Positions 1 to 10,277 of a stretch of DNA of 64,000 bases are shown piece after piece (position 1 is the first letter of the stretch; each line of letters starts with the position of its first letter). The DNA comes from Candidatus Poribacteria bacterium (lineage in GTDB: Bacteria; Poribacteria; WGA-4E; PCPOR2b), in the NCBI GenBank assembly GCA_965198175.1, contig OZ240245.1, positions 1,344,001 through 1,408,000 of the forward strand, in the 5' to 3' direction. Made by a program: the position numbers and the translations under genes. Below the pieces are notes generated by a model that worked only from the letters and a program-made list of their open reading frames with translations, had not been told where the DNA came from and made no database searches.

Positions 1-122
1 TTTCGACCCGGGCGGGTTTGCGTTTTCAACCGGATTGATTGTCACCGCGCAAAATAAACTTCCTTGCTGATTGCTAAAAAGTCGAGGCGTTCAGCCAGCC
101 TGGAAAGTGGCTAAAACGTCGT

Positions 123-813
123 TCACTTTTCCTCGCTGCGACCGTTATCAACGACTTTTTCAATAAACTTCACGCCACGCGCGCCATCATAGACGGTTGG
201 GAGGTCCAGCTCCAATTCAGACGGCTCACTCCCGTCGAGCTTGGCCCGAATGGCGCCGGTAATGCCGGAGCAAACCGTATCGGTGCGCCACTAGGCCTGC
301 TTGCGCTCCCTCAATCTTCTCTAGCAACCAATCTTGGGTGTATTCCACACGCGTTGGAGGTGGCCTAATTTGCCAGCTTTAATCCAATTCCGGGCCTCCT
401 TGACCCTCGGGTAGCCGGTATAATTGTAGGTCACGCCAAAAACGACGTTGTTTTTCTTAACCACCTCGATGAGGCTTTGCGCTTGCGCACTATTGTGAAT
501 CATCAGTTTCTCTAGGGCGACATTGAACCCAACTTCAACAAAAGCCAGGGCGGGTTCAAAATGCACGTGGTCGGGCGTGAAATAGAAACCAACTCAATGC
601 GCTCTCCCTCAGGCAAAGTGCTTTTTTTTCGAGCATCTCTTGCCATGTGCCATAGTTCCGTTCTGAGGGCAGGAGTAAATCCGGAACCGGATCGTTTTCT
701 CTGCCAGGATGGCTGAAAAGGGCTCCGGCCCCAAATTCAGTGAAGCCATCAGAAATGGCGGCTCGACGATGGGTGGCCCCAACGAAGGCGTCGCGCCCTC
801 CGCCAACTTGACC
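123..813 (-). pseudogene. Gfo/Idh/MocA oxidoreductase, frameshifted and internally deleted
   Basis: Pieces in different frames: GQVGGGRDAFVGATHRRAA (Rossmann start), TPDHVHFEPA...GVTYNYTGYPRVKEAR, then WRTD jumping directly to the C-terminal LPTVYDGARGVKFIEKVV; in-frame TAG. Confidence 0.8.
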
Positions 814-1080
814 AAATTTGAGCTAACCAGAATTAACCTCGCCGGACCATTGGTGTTTTCGGGGGAACCCAGGCCGATAGCTTCGATATGGGCTGGTTCA
901 ACCTCACCCGCTTCAAGTGGAGCGCGAAAGGCTTGTTCAATAGCCCTCAATCACAATTTCAGGCTGTTGTTCGGAATGCGCGTGAGTGGTATAACGGTTC
1001 AGAATGGGGCCATCTCGACTCACCAAACCGACTGCGATTTTGGTACCTACAACGTCTATTCCAATGGCGTAAGGTTTCAT
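814..1080 (-). pseudogene. ROK family kinase, N-terminal fragment only
   Basis: AGGAGG RBS, MKPYAIGIDVVGTKIAVGLV, frameshift, IEAIGLGSP..NGPARLILVSSNL, then sequence switches to the oxidoreductase. Confidence 0.75.
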
Positions 1081-1306
1081 CACATGCCTCCTCGTTGAGG
1101 TACTTAACCCACGTTGCCCCCTTTGACACGATTTGCTATTTATTTCGACCAATCACCTAAATTGCGGTGCTATTCGAAGGAAAGGTAGAGTGGAAGTAAG
1201 GGAAGGAGGTGTGTATTTACTTCCTATTCTTCTCTTCTTCCCAACAGATTTGAATAGGTAGCAACTCGAGGTACTTAATGTATTATTTTTTCGCCCCAGG
1301 AGTGCA

Positions 1307-2167
1307 TTAATTTCTGGAACTTTGGCGCTGACTTGCGCCTACCAGGTAATCTTTAATCCCCTGCTGCCACTTGGGCAGGGCATGAGCAGTGACCAGTTGG
1401 TACAGCCGGCAATTCAACACGGCTCTGGCTGGTCGCTTGGCAAACCTCTTGAGCGCCGTGGCTTCCAGAATTTCCACAGGTTCTGAACGTCCCGTCTGCT
1501 GCAAAACGTACTGGGCAAACACGGCTCGTGTGCAAGCGCCGATACTCGTCACGTTATATATACCGTAGGCTCCTGTGCCAATCAAGTGTTGTATCGCCTC
1601 TGCCAGGTGTCCGGTGTAGGTTGGTGATTCGAGCTGGTCAACCGGCATCCGCACCACACCTTCATTTTCGGCGGTTTTCAGGACGCGCTCAATGTAATTA
1701 TTGGGCGTGTGTCCAAAAAGCCATGCGGTCCGGACAACATACGTGCGGGGGCAAAGCTGCCGGCTTAGCCGCTCTCCGGCCAACTTTGACCGCCCGTACT
1801 GGTTGAGTGGATTCGGCAGAGAAACCTCATCATAATCCGTTTCGGACTTGCCATCAAAGATGTAATCTGTAGAGATGTAAAGCAGCATGCTTCCTACCTG
1901 CTGTCCAGCCAGGGCCAGGTTTTGAGCCCCAACCGCATTGATACGCCAGGCCTTATCTGGGTCGGCTTCACAGCCTTCAAGATCAACAAATACTGCTGCA
2001 TTGACAATAAGCTCCGGGCGCTCGGCGTTCAGCATCTCTAACGTTTTGGGCCGGTCAGTAATGTCAATCTCATCAAGATCCCAGGCCAAGATTTCATGCT
2101 GAATTTTTAAAACGCGACATAGCTCCTGGCCCAGCATGCCTTTGGCTCCAATGACTGCGATTTTCAT
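1307..2167 (-). CDS. rfbD: dTDP-4-dehydrorhamnose reductase
   Basis: MKIAVIGAKGMLG, YISTDYIFDG, YGRSKLAGE, SPTY, KRP motifs. Confidence 0.9.
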   Translation of the reverse strand: MKIAVIGAKGMLGQELCRVLKIQHEILAWDLDEIDITDRPKTLEMLNAERPELIVNAAVFVDLEGCEADPDKAWRINAVGAQNLALAGQQVGSMLLYISTDYIFDGKSETDYDEVSLPNPLNQYGRSKLAGERLSRQLCPRTYVVRTAWLFGHTPNNYIERVLKTAENEGVVRMPVDQLESPTYTGHLAEAIQHLIGTGAYGIYNVTSIGACTRAVFAQYVLQQTGRSEPVEILEATALKRFAKRPARAVLNCRLYQLVTAHALPKWQQGIKDYLVGASQRQSSRN

Positions 2168-2818
2168 AGAATGTGCTCGGTTTTGGTCTGCAACCCGGAA
2201 GTCGAGGCGAAGCAAGCGTTGTCCCCATACGCATTAAGTTAAGGGTACTGTTATAGTGCGAATAGAAATTGAGAGGTATTGGGTTCCTTAATCTCATCAT
2301 ACGAACACAAATTTGTCAAGATAAAAATTGAGGGTATAGAAATTTCGGACAAGCATAAAGAGTTTGTCCATAAGCCTGGTTCAAAAACAGATAATATGTC
2401 AGACCATGCAAAACGCCTGAGCATTGCAACGGGAAGAAATGAAAGCAACGGAAGCAAGGCAAGAAAGTCTCCCATTCCTTTTCTTCCTTCGTTGCCTGCG
2501 ATTCATTTTTTCGATTATTCAAAAGGGCAACCCAATTCAGGCATTCATTTCACCTTTGGCAACGGCTCTGACACCGGAATCACGCCCTTTCTCAGATGTC
2601 ATGTGTGTTAAAAATACACCGCCAATTTGCGGAAATATCGTCATAATGCTCTGAATGCATACTTTTGAAAGAAGTGTGGTGAGTTCGAAGACGTACCGGC
2701 TCAAATGTCGTCTGACTGAACAAAAGGACGATGAGACTAGTCACCTCTGATTGAGACGACTTTTTCACTTAGAAGAACGTGAAGATGAAATGGAAGAAAT
2801 AGAGGGAAAAGAAGGGAG

Positions 2819-3733
2819 TTACCAAAGAACTTCTGCGTCGGGCACGTGGTAAATGGCACGCTTCAACGGCGCACTTTTGCCGCGCTGCATGTTCTCACGC
2901 TGGTAGGTGGGCGAGATGGTGCCGTTGGGGGAAATGTCCACAACCGTATCGCCCTGCCAAGTAAGCGTGTAGGTTTGTCCGGCGAAGAACTTCCCTTCGA
3001 CAATCTCCCGTTGCGGAAAGGTTATCGTCACCTTCCGGTCGGGTTTTAAGCCCGTAAGCCGCACAAAGCCATCCTGCCAGTCGCCCGCTGACACGTCTAC
3101 TAGCCGGTCATCGACCATAACAGACACCTCGCCTTTGCTCACCCAATCAGGAACACGGACGGAGAGAACCGACGCGTCGTGGACGAAGAGTTCTACTTTT
3201 CCTTCGTACGGCATGTGGCTATTGACTCGAACCCATTTCGAATCCCGATTCAGAAGGAGATTCACGCTTACACCGTTCGCATCTTGAGTCACGATATTGT
3301 GCCAAACGATGTAGAGGGCCTCAGCCCCGGAGACACAGCAGTGCATAATCTGTTGGCTTCCTTTGCGGCTCATCCGCTTCCCGACCCAGTCGTTTGGATC
3401 ACTCCACCCGGCGAAGCCGCCGATTACCCTTTCAGGAACCTCCCGATATGTCGTTCTCGGCGTCTCATCCGGGCGCGGTCCGCGGCTCTTTACCCAACTC
3501 GTGTCTTGCAAATGGCTCTCAACGAGGTGATTTCTTGCAGCGCGTTCAACGTTGTTCCAGTATTCGGTGTAGCCGGCCTTTGCCAGAAGCGTGCCAATCA
3601 GCAGCATGCTTCGAATGCAACAAGTCTCGCAGCCCGCGACTCCCGAATAGCCCGTGAAGAAGAGACTTTCAGGGTACCAACCGATGCCACCGCTGAAACT
3701 TTCGACATAGTCAAAAACGTTTTGGTGCGAGAA
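2819..3733 (-). pseudogene. 5'-truncated GH127-like (beta-L-arabinofuranosidase-type) glycoside hydrolase
   Basis: Frame open from 3733 with GCETCC and MHCC Cys motifs and C-terminal beta-domain (PYEGKV, VRVPDW); N-terminal half absent. Confidence 0.65.
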
Positions 3734-3824
3734 TCACGGTGACAGCACCCATCTACGTCAAAAAGTTGCGCCGAGAAATCGAATGGCCGATCTTTTCTTA
3801 ACGGTCTAGGCATCTGTTTTTCTC

Positions 3825-4268
3825 TTACAATTCTGATTCGAGCAACTCGAGGGTGATGCCATCCGGGTCCTTAAAATAGACCCATTTCAACCCTGCTAGA
3901 GGTCCCTCCTCCTCAATGTTGAGCGGCGATAGGAACTCGATCCCTTTTGCCTCCAATTCCTCCATCTTTTTCGCCGCGTCTTTGACTCGGAAGGCCACAT
4001 GCATTGCCCCCAGCGTATTGAGTGGCATAGGCTCACCCACTGGAGAATTGGGAGTAACATACTGCACCAACTCCAGTTCCCCTTCCCCTGTGCTGAGAAC
4101 AGCCTGCCTGACGTTTGTATTTGGAACACCAACACTCTTGGAGAGTTGCTCCCCCTTAAACACTTGGGTCTGTTCCATAATCAACTCCAAGCCGAGTACG
4201 TCCCGATAAAATTCAACGGATCTGTCTAAATTTGACACAGTAATACCTGTATGAAAGATTCCCTCCAT
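3825..4268 (-). CDS. VOC/glyoxalase family protein
   Basis: HTGITVSNLDRSVEFYRDVLG, HVAFRV, YFKDPDGITLEL; AGGAGG RBS. Confidence 0.9.
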   Translation of the reverse strand: MEGIFHTGITVSNLDRSVEFYRDVLGLELIMEQTQVFKGEQLSKSVGVPNTNVRQAVLSTGEGELELVQYVTPNSPVGEPMPLNTLGAMHVAFRVKDAAKKMEELEAKGIEFLSPLNIEEEGPLAGLKWVYFKDPDGITLELLESEL

Positions 4269-4284
4269 TTTGTCCTCCTTTCCA

Positions 4285-5265
4285 TTATAACCCTTCTGCA
4301 AGACCCACAACCTGCGCCCGGCGTGCCAGCCAACCGCAACCCAGAATGGGTCCATCATCATTCAGTTCGGTTGCAAGTATACGCACCCGAGAACCCACAG
4401 ATTGATATGAATATCGCGGCACTGTCTTTCGAGCAGGCTCAAGCAACAGGTCTCCGGCTTTTGCCACGCTTGAGCCAACCACGTAGAGGTCAATGCCCAA
4501 GATCATAGCCATCGAAGCAATGATCACCCCTAACGCCTCGCCAGCTTGTGCTATAACTTGCGTAGCCAAAGCGTCTCCCTGCCCAGCCCGGCGTGCCACC
4601 AGTCCTCCGGTGACAGGTTGCTCCTGCAGGGCAAGATACGGACGCTGCCCCTGACACTCTCGCTCGAGGGCACGTCTGTAGCGCAGGGCCAACCACGGGC
4701 CGGATATGTATGTCTCTGCACAGCCCCTGGAACCGCACGAACACATCTCGCCGTGCCGGTCCAGCGTAGTGTGCCCTACCTCTCCAGCGGAACTGTGTGT
4801 GCCATAGTACAACTCACCATCAATGATGATGGCTGCACCGACGCCGGTACCAACAACGATGTAAACCATGCTTCGCTCACCGCGAGCGGCACCATAATAA
4901 AACTCCCCCAACCCTGCAGCCTTTGCATCATGTTCCAACCTCACGGGTAACTTCAACCGCTCGGTCAGCATTTGTCGTAGGGGCGCATTGTGTAATCCCG
5001 GTATATTGGGCGGATCAATGATCTTCCCGGCCTGATGATCTATGGGCCCAGGGCTACAAATGCCCAAGGCAGCGATTGCTCTCCCATCTGGTATTCCCCT
5101 TTGGAGTTCGGCGACGCTCTGGGCGATACGTTCTACCACCGCCTGCGGACCCTCATCCGCATTCGTGGGTAATCGGCGATAGGCGACAATTCGATCGGTG
5201 GAATCAATTAGGCCCAAAGCGATTTTGGTTGCTCCCAAATCCACGCCCACGACCCAATCACACAT
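4285..5265 (-). CDS. ROK family sugar kinase
   Basis: GVDLGATK, EHDAKAAGLGE, GTGVG, AGEVGH, CSCGSRGCAE. Confidence 0.9.
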   Translation of the reverse strand: MCDWVVGVDLGATKIALGLIDSTDRIVAYRRLPTNADEGPQAVVERIAQSVAELQRGIPDGRAIAALGICSPGPIDHQAGKIIDPPNIPGLHNAPLRQMLTERLKLPVRLEHDAKAAGLGEFYYGAARGERSMVYIVVGTGVGAAIIIDGELYYGTHSSAGEVGHTTLDRHGEMCSCGSRGCAETYISGPWLALRYRRALERECQGQRPYLALQEQPVTGGLVARRAGQGDALATQVIAQAGEALGVIIASMAMILGIDLYVVGSSVAKAGDLLLEPARKTVPRYSYQSVGSRVRILATELNDDGPILGCGWLARRAQVVGLAEGL

Positions 5266-5486
5266 TGATTGCCCCTAGCTGTTTTTATGGTGCCATCGTT
5301 ACACGGCTTGACTGTAAAATTCTCAAAACTAAAAGCATTTCTCCATCTCGTGGTCGCAAAACACTGACATCTGACAAAATACCTCAACAAACCAATTTTG
5401 CGAATAAACTCGACATTTCAGAACTGCAGATGCCGGTTGCGGTGCGGCTTTTTTCAATCGAAAATCGTCAATTGAAAATTAGTAGG

Positions 5487-6497
5487 TTACATCACTATCA
5501 CAACTTTGATAACGTTTTCCTTATCATTTTCTGCAATTTTCAGCGCCTCCGGAAGTTCATCGAACTTAAATGTATGTGTAATAAACTGTTCAGGATTGAT
5601 AACATTTTTCTTGAGAAGGTCTATGGCAATCGGAAACCTGAGGTTCGGGATGGAGTGGGTGCCGCGCAACTGAAGCCTCTTGAAATGGAAGGCGTTAGCA
5701 TCAAACGTGATAGTATTCCTATCAAAATCAATACCATTATAAGCAACAATAGCACCAAAGCGTGCGATTTGAAATGCGTCCGGAATTGTTGGCGGAGGCG
5801 AGGTGACTAAGATACGTTCAAATCCGTCCGGAAATTCCCTTTTTACCACATCAAACAGATTTTCTTCATCTACGGCTACTACGCGGTCCACACCCAGCTC
5901 TTCCGCCAGAGATAGTCTTGCTTTCGAATGTGAACGTCCTGTTATCAGCATCTTACCCGCACCCTTGTACTTGGCAACTCTGGCAGCCATTAATCCAATT
6001 GGTCCCGGCCCAAATACGGCAACGTCGCCGTTAATAGGCACTCCAGCTTCTTCAACGAGGTCAAGCGCTACAGTTAAGGGTTCTGCTAATGCCGCAACTG
6101 CAGGGGCCATCCCATCGTGCCTATATAGGCATGTCTTATGTGCACGCACGTAGTCGGCGAAACATGGTTGATTCATTACGATATAGAGATTTGTGCAGTA
6201 AACCGCCTGACCATTCTTACAGTTGGTACATACCCCACAGTATGTGTGATTCTCAACAATAACGCTATCACCCGATGTGTAGTCAGACACATTCGAGCCG
6301 ACTTCTTCGATAGTCCCACAAAACTCATGTCCGATAGGCATCTGCTTGTCCTTTGCAAGGTCACGAGCGTAATGAAGGTCAGTTCCACATATCCCGCAAC
6401 AGGCAACTTTCACGAGAACCTCATCTGGTCCAATTTTTGGAATTGGAATATCCTTAATTTCAACCTCAAAAGGCACTCTTACAAATGCAGCTTTCAT
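5487..6497 (-). CDS. Zn-dependent (MDR) alcohol/sugar-alcohol dehydrogenase
   Basis: CGICGTDLH, GHEFCG, CGVCTNC...C, GPGPIG. Confidence 0.9.
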   Translation of the reverse strand: MKAAFVRVPFEVEIKDIPIPKIGPDEVLVKVACCGICGTDLHYARDLAKDKQMPIGHEFCGTIEEVGSNVSDYTSGDSVIVENHTYCGVCTNCKNGQAVYCTNLYIVMNQPCFADYVRAHKTCLYRHDGMAPAVAALAEPLTVALDLVEEAGVPINGDVAVFGPGPIGLMAARVAKYKGAGKMLITGRSHSKARLSLAEELGVDRVVAVDEENLFDVVKREFPDGFERILVTSPPPTIPDAFQIARFGAIVAYNGIDFDRNTITFDANAFHFKRLQLRGTHSIPNLRFPIAIDLLKKNVINPEQFITHTFKFDELPEALKIAENDKENVIKVVIVM

Positions 6498-6826
6498 GAT
6501 CCCTCCCAGTTATACTCCGCATGGCCACAAATCAGTCATCCTGAACCCTTTGCTGTGCTCAAGGAAAAGCTTCGTGAAGAATCTTTCATGTAGCGAGATT
6601 CTTCGTTTCACTCAGAATCACATGTTGAATCATGATTCCAATTTATTCCTTTTCCTGTATAATAAATCCTCCGTAACCTCTCCGCTTTTGCATAAATTTC
6701 CGCCAGTTTGAACCGCATGCTGACTACAGACTGTGTCTCTGGCACGGACCTGTACTTGGCTTTCTGACTGAATTTGCCGATTGTGTCCTTCACAGCCAAT
6801 AGTTCTCGTCACTTGTCTTGAGGTAT

Positions 6827-7876
6827 TCAGGCGTTGAGCTGCATTGAATCAGTTTCTACTATGACCTTCATTGCCTGTCCGGCGCGCATCAAGTCAACGC
6901 CTGCCGCCAGATCCTTCAGTGGAACTCTGTGTGTAATGAGCGCTGATGGTTGCAGACGCCGACTCTCCAGCAGTTGGATTGTTTGCTCAAAGGGTTTGAG
7001 GCCAACAAAGGTCCCGTGGATAGTCAAGTCGTAACGGGTGATGGTATACTGATTGACGGCCGGGTTGTCACGCGGGCGCAAGCCGAACAGAATCACCCGG
7101 CCCCCACGCCGAGTCAATTTGATGGCCGTGTCTAGTTGGTTTCCCACCGCATCGACTACCACATCTGCTCCAAGTTCAGTGATATCTAGCACTGCTTGTG
7201 CCACATCGACTTCCGTCGGGTTAAACGCTGCATCCACCCCCAACCCTTCGGCAAATCGGAGGCGGTAAGGGGCCAGGTCGGTCACGATGATTTTGCCTGC
7301 CCCGAGGGTACGATACATTTGGGCGAAGAGTAAGCCCATCGGTCCCGCACCGATGATTGCCACGCTGTCCCCTGCTTGGGTGGGAACTCGTGCTACCGCG
7401 CCAACCACACAGGTCAGTGGCTCGAAAAAGGTGGCATCATCGCGGGGTACTTTGGCGCTGATCTTGAATAACGCGCCTTGAGGAACGCGCAGGTAGGGAG
7501 CGAAGGCGCCATCGATAGTTGTGCCGATGGTGCTGGAGTTTGTGCACTGATTGTCGAGCCCCCGGCGGCAATAGCGGCACCTGCCACAGGTGAGTCGGGG
7601 CGCAATGACCACCCGGTCACCGGATTGTAGGTTGGTCACGCCGGAACACACTTCCTCCACAACGCCGACCCCTTCATGGCCGATGATGATGTTCGGGGTG
7701 GCTCTATGGGCCGGCGGCACAGCCAGAATGTTCAAGTCCGTGCCGCAGATGCCACAAGCTTCGACTCTGACTAGGACATCGCCGATTTCTTTCGGTCGCG
7801 GAACGGGGCGCTCCTCGTACACGAGCTGCCCGTCACCCTTGAAGGCAGGAACGTACATCGTTTCCATCTCCACCAC
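6827..7876 (-). CDS. Zn-dependent (MDR) dehydrogenase (start may be ATG 7867)
   Basis: CGICGTD, GHEGVG, CGRCRYC...C, GAGPMG. Confidence 0.9.
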   Translation of the reverse strand: MVEMETMYVPAFKGDGQLVYEERPVPRPKEIGDVLVRVEACGICGTDLNILAVPPAHRATPNIIIGHEGVGVVEEVCSGVTNLQSGDRVVIAPRLTCGRCRYCRRGLDNQCTNSSTIGTTIDGAFAPYLRVPQGALFKISAKVPRDDATFFEPLTCVVGAVARVPTQAGDSVAIIGAGPMGLLFAQMYRTLGAGKIIVTDLAPYRLRFAEGLGVDAAFNPTEVDVAQAVLDITELGADVVVDAVGNQLDTAIKLTRRGGRVILFGLRPRDNPAVNQYTITRYDLTIHGTFVGLKPFEQTIQLLESRRLQPSALITHRVPLKDLAAGVDLMRAGQAMKVIVETDSMQLNA

Positions 7877-7879
7877 GCT

Positions 7880-7958
7880 CCATGTTCAATACTTCAGTTG
7901 CGGCTTGATGAAGAAGTTCCAAGTCGTCACTATGAACTTCGACCTTCACAAGGGTCAT
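7880..7958 (-). pseudogene. possible N-terminal stub of a trimethylamine methyltransferase (MttB-like) gene
   Basis: MTLVKVEVHSDDLELLHQAATEVL resembles MttB-family starts (LSDD.LE.IH.A.LEVL); very short. Confidence 0.3.
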
Positions 7959-8064
7959 CTGGTCATAATTTAAATGGGAATAACCAAACATCAGATACCA
8001 CCCAAGGAAATAATAGCATTCGAAGATTCTTTGACACCTGCAAAATCACAGTCTGTTTGGGGGC

Positions 8065-8093
8065 ATTATACCAAAAATCGGAAGTGTTGTCCA
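8065..8093 (-). promoter_or_regulatory. sigma70-type promoter for the dehydrogenase/ROK operon
   Basis: TGGACA-17 bp-TATAAT with TGn extension. Confidence 0.6.
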
Positions 8094-8345
8094 TCCCATT
8101 TTTAGCTTCGGTTTATCCCCAGTTTTTTGCTAGCACTTCTATAGCGAAGGTTTCACCTATATCCGTTGCACCAGAACTGAAAGTGGGATTATCCCACAGG
8201 TCAAATAGAGGCGAAAACCCCTTGGTTTTAGGGACAGATTTACTCTCAATTCCCGTGGGCATCAGACTTTCTCACCCCTGCGTCCGCTCTGTGTGCGTGA
8301 TTACAGGGCTCAGAAAAAACTGGGGGTAGATGAACTTTTTGAGCT

Positions 8346-8371
8346 GGGGCGAGCCATGCCTCGCCCCCTAC
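8346..8371 (-). repeat. GTAG-type REP-like palindrome
   Basis: revcomp GTAGGGGGCGAG-GCATGG-CTCGCCCC. Confidence 0.7.
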
Positions 8372-8438
8372 TTCAAAATGGCGGTTAAACCACATAGGCA
8401 CTACCGCTAAAAAGGCTCACATGGAACTCAAGAAGGTA

Positions 8439-9455
8439 TTATTCGTCCTGGCTGACCTGCTTGATCCAGCCCCAGGTCAAGACTTGTCTCTTGAGCGGTG
8501 AAACGGAGAACGGCACCACTGAATTAGGGTCGAGCCAGGATGGGGAACGGTTCTGCGTGCCTAAAACCGGAAGATCTTCCCATTTGAGATTGCCGTTTGC
8601 AGGGTGTATGCGGATGAATATCGGGTCAACCGAAAAGTTCATGGCAGCGATGAGTGTGCCAGCCGGCGACCAGCTAGGTTCCCTATTTCGGGCTCTGCGC
8701 CCCTTTGGGTCCTTGAGTTCAGTGACCTGCACTATATTCTCGCCATCGGCATCCATCGTCCATATTTCCGCAGCCCCATCTTGACGAGAGGTCCAGGCGA
8801 TTTTTTGACCGTCCCACGACCATCTGGGGTTCAGATCTTCGCCGCGAGTTTTGGTGAGATTTTGCAGGTTATCCCCATTTGCATCCATCACCCAGATGTC
8901 TCCAAGGGTCTTCCCTCGTATGGAGCAAAAGGCAATCTTCCGACCGTCCCGCGACCAGTCGGGGTGCCGGTCCTTGGCGGGATCATTTGTGAGATTCTTC
9001 AGGTTCTGTCCGGCTAGATTCATCGTGTAGATTTCATAGTTTCCGTCCCGATTGCTCATGAAGGCTATCCTTTGACCGCCAGGGTGCCAGGTCGGCCAGC
9101 CATCTTCCGCCTCGTGGTTGGTGAGCCTTCTGAGCTTCTGCCCGTCAGCGTCCACACTGTAGATGTCTCCACCGCCGTCCCAATTCTTGTCGATATTCGA
9201 ATGGAACACAATCTTATTGCCGTCCGGAGACCACACTATGCCACCTGGTATGGTGTCAAACTCTAGGATGAGGCGTGCATTTTTCCCATCTTTGGCGTCC
9301 ATCAACCAAAGACCAGCAACATTATCCGGGTTAGAGGAGAACGCGATAGTTGGTACCTCAGGAGCTTGTGCCAGAGCGTGCATTAGAAGCGCGGTGCTGT
9401 GCAAAAGCAAAACACCGATGTATACAAAACGCATGAATGTCTTCAGTATTTGCAT
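8439..9455 (-). CDS. secreted TolB-like (PD40) beta-propeller with Poribacteria-type C-terminal motif
   Basis: Signal peptide, repeated P.WS.DG.KIAF.S units, ends SVSPLKRQVLTWGWIKQ; GAGGTG RBS before ATG 9455. Confidence 0.85.
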   Translation of the reverse strand: MQILKTFMRFVYIGVLLLHSTALLMHALAQAPEVPTIAFSSNPDNVAGLWLMDAKDGKNARLILEFDTIPGGIVWSPDGNKIVFHSNIDKNWDGGGDIYSVDADGQKLRRLTNHEAEDGWPTWHPGGQRIAFMSNRDGNYEIYTMNLAGQNLKNLTNDPAKDRHPDWSRDGRKIAFCSIRGKTLGDIWVMDANGDNLQNLTKTRGEDLNPRWSWDGQKIAWTSRQDGAAEIWTMDADGENIVQVTELKDPKGRRARNREPSWSPAGTLIAAMNFSVDPIFIRIHPANGNLKWEDLPVLGTQNRSPSWLDPNSVVPFSVSPLKRQVLTWGWIKQVSQDE

Positions 9456-9577
9456 GGTTATCACCTCATTATATTGTGTTGAAAAACCACGGCAGACGCC
9501 GTTTATCTTACTTTCGTGCGATACCCGCCGAAAACTATCCGTAACAGGCGATACCGACGGACGAGACTGCCCGTTCA

Positions 9578-9603
9578 GTAGGGGCGGGTCTCGTGTTCGC
9601 CCT
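9578..9603 (+). repeat. GTAG-type REP-like palindrome
   Basis: GTAGGGGCGGG-TCTCGTG-TTCGCCCT. Confidence 0.65.
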
Positions 9604-9652
9604 TTGTGCGGAGGCGGATACAAGATTCATCCTCCATGTTGATTGTCACAAT

Positions 9653-10125
9653 TCATTGGGAGGTATCAAACGTACCACGCCCCTCAATCAACGGATATTT
9701 GATGAGAATTTCCTCGTCTACTTCGATGCCGATCCCCGGTCGCTCGAGTGGGCAGACGCAACTGTCGGAGTCCAGCGTGCACGGCGTGCTCATAAGCCGG
9801 GCGCAGAACAAGCTGCCCTGCGACGCATCACCCTCGAAATACCCACTGTTGTCGATGGCGGGAGGAAATGGATGGTCGTGGTCATGTTGAGCACCGTCAT
9901 GGACGTGTGTGGGTGAATCGGCAGCTTACAAGCAGAGGCTATTCCCGCAATGCGGAGTGCTTCAGTGGGACTTCCGGTCTTCGACAAATCTGGCTGGTGA
10001 ATTCAAATGTAACCATCCTTGATCGGGCGCGAGAACTCGAAGCGGGTTTAGTGGTCCTCTCCGGCTGCCAGCGGGAATGAGGTCGGGTACGCTTTCACCT
10101 CAACAATCCACCCAACATCTGTCAT
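9653..10125 (-). pseudogene. mandelate racemase/muconate lactonizing (enolase superfamily) remnant
   Basis: N-terminal VEVKAYPTSFP joined to QPDLSKTG.PTEALRIAGIA..KLPIHPHTS and PLERPGIGIEVDEE; stops, frameshift and large internal deletion. Confidence 0.7.
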
Positions 10126-10179
10126 GAGACTGCTCTGTGAAATAAATTATACTAATGTAGATTAAAACGACATTTTTCA

Positions 10180-10213
10180 AATCCCTCTTTTCCAAAGGGG
10201 ACAGGGAAGATTT
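10180..10213. repeat. CCC(T)CTTT..AAAGGGG-type intergenic palindrome
   Basis: AATCCCTCTTTTCCAAAGGGGACAGGGAAGATTT; similar unit at 61669-61704. Confidence 0.45.
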
Positions 10214-10277
10214 CGCCTCACGTGCTGTGGCAGTGCACCTCTGTCTCGAAATCTACCATTATGAACTGAAAACGGTA

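Noticed and set aside
2251..2654. Short overlapping ORFs upstream of rfbD
   Set aside because: No recognisable motifs or RBS; they overlap low-complexity GA/CT tracts
5076..5810. 244-aa plus-strand ORF
   Set aside because: Antisense to ROK and dehydrogenase genes; shadow ORF
6500..6826. Small ORFs between the two dehydrogenases
   Set aside because: About 60 aa in competing frames with no motif
8113..8328. MITE bounded by CCCCAGTTTTTT inverted repeats
   Set aside because: Only 12 bp of low-complexity match, no target duplication or second copy
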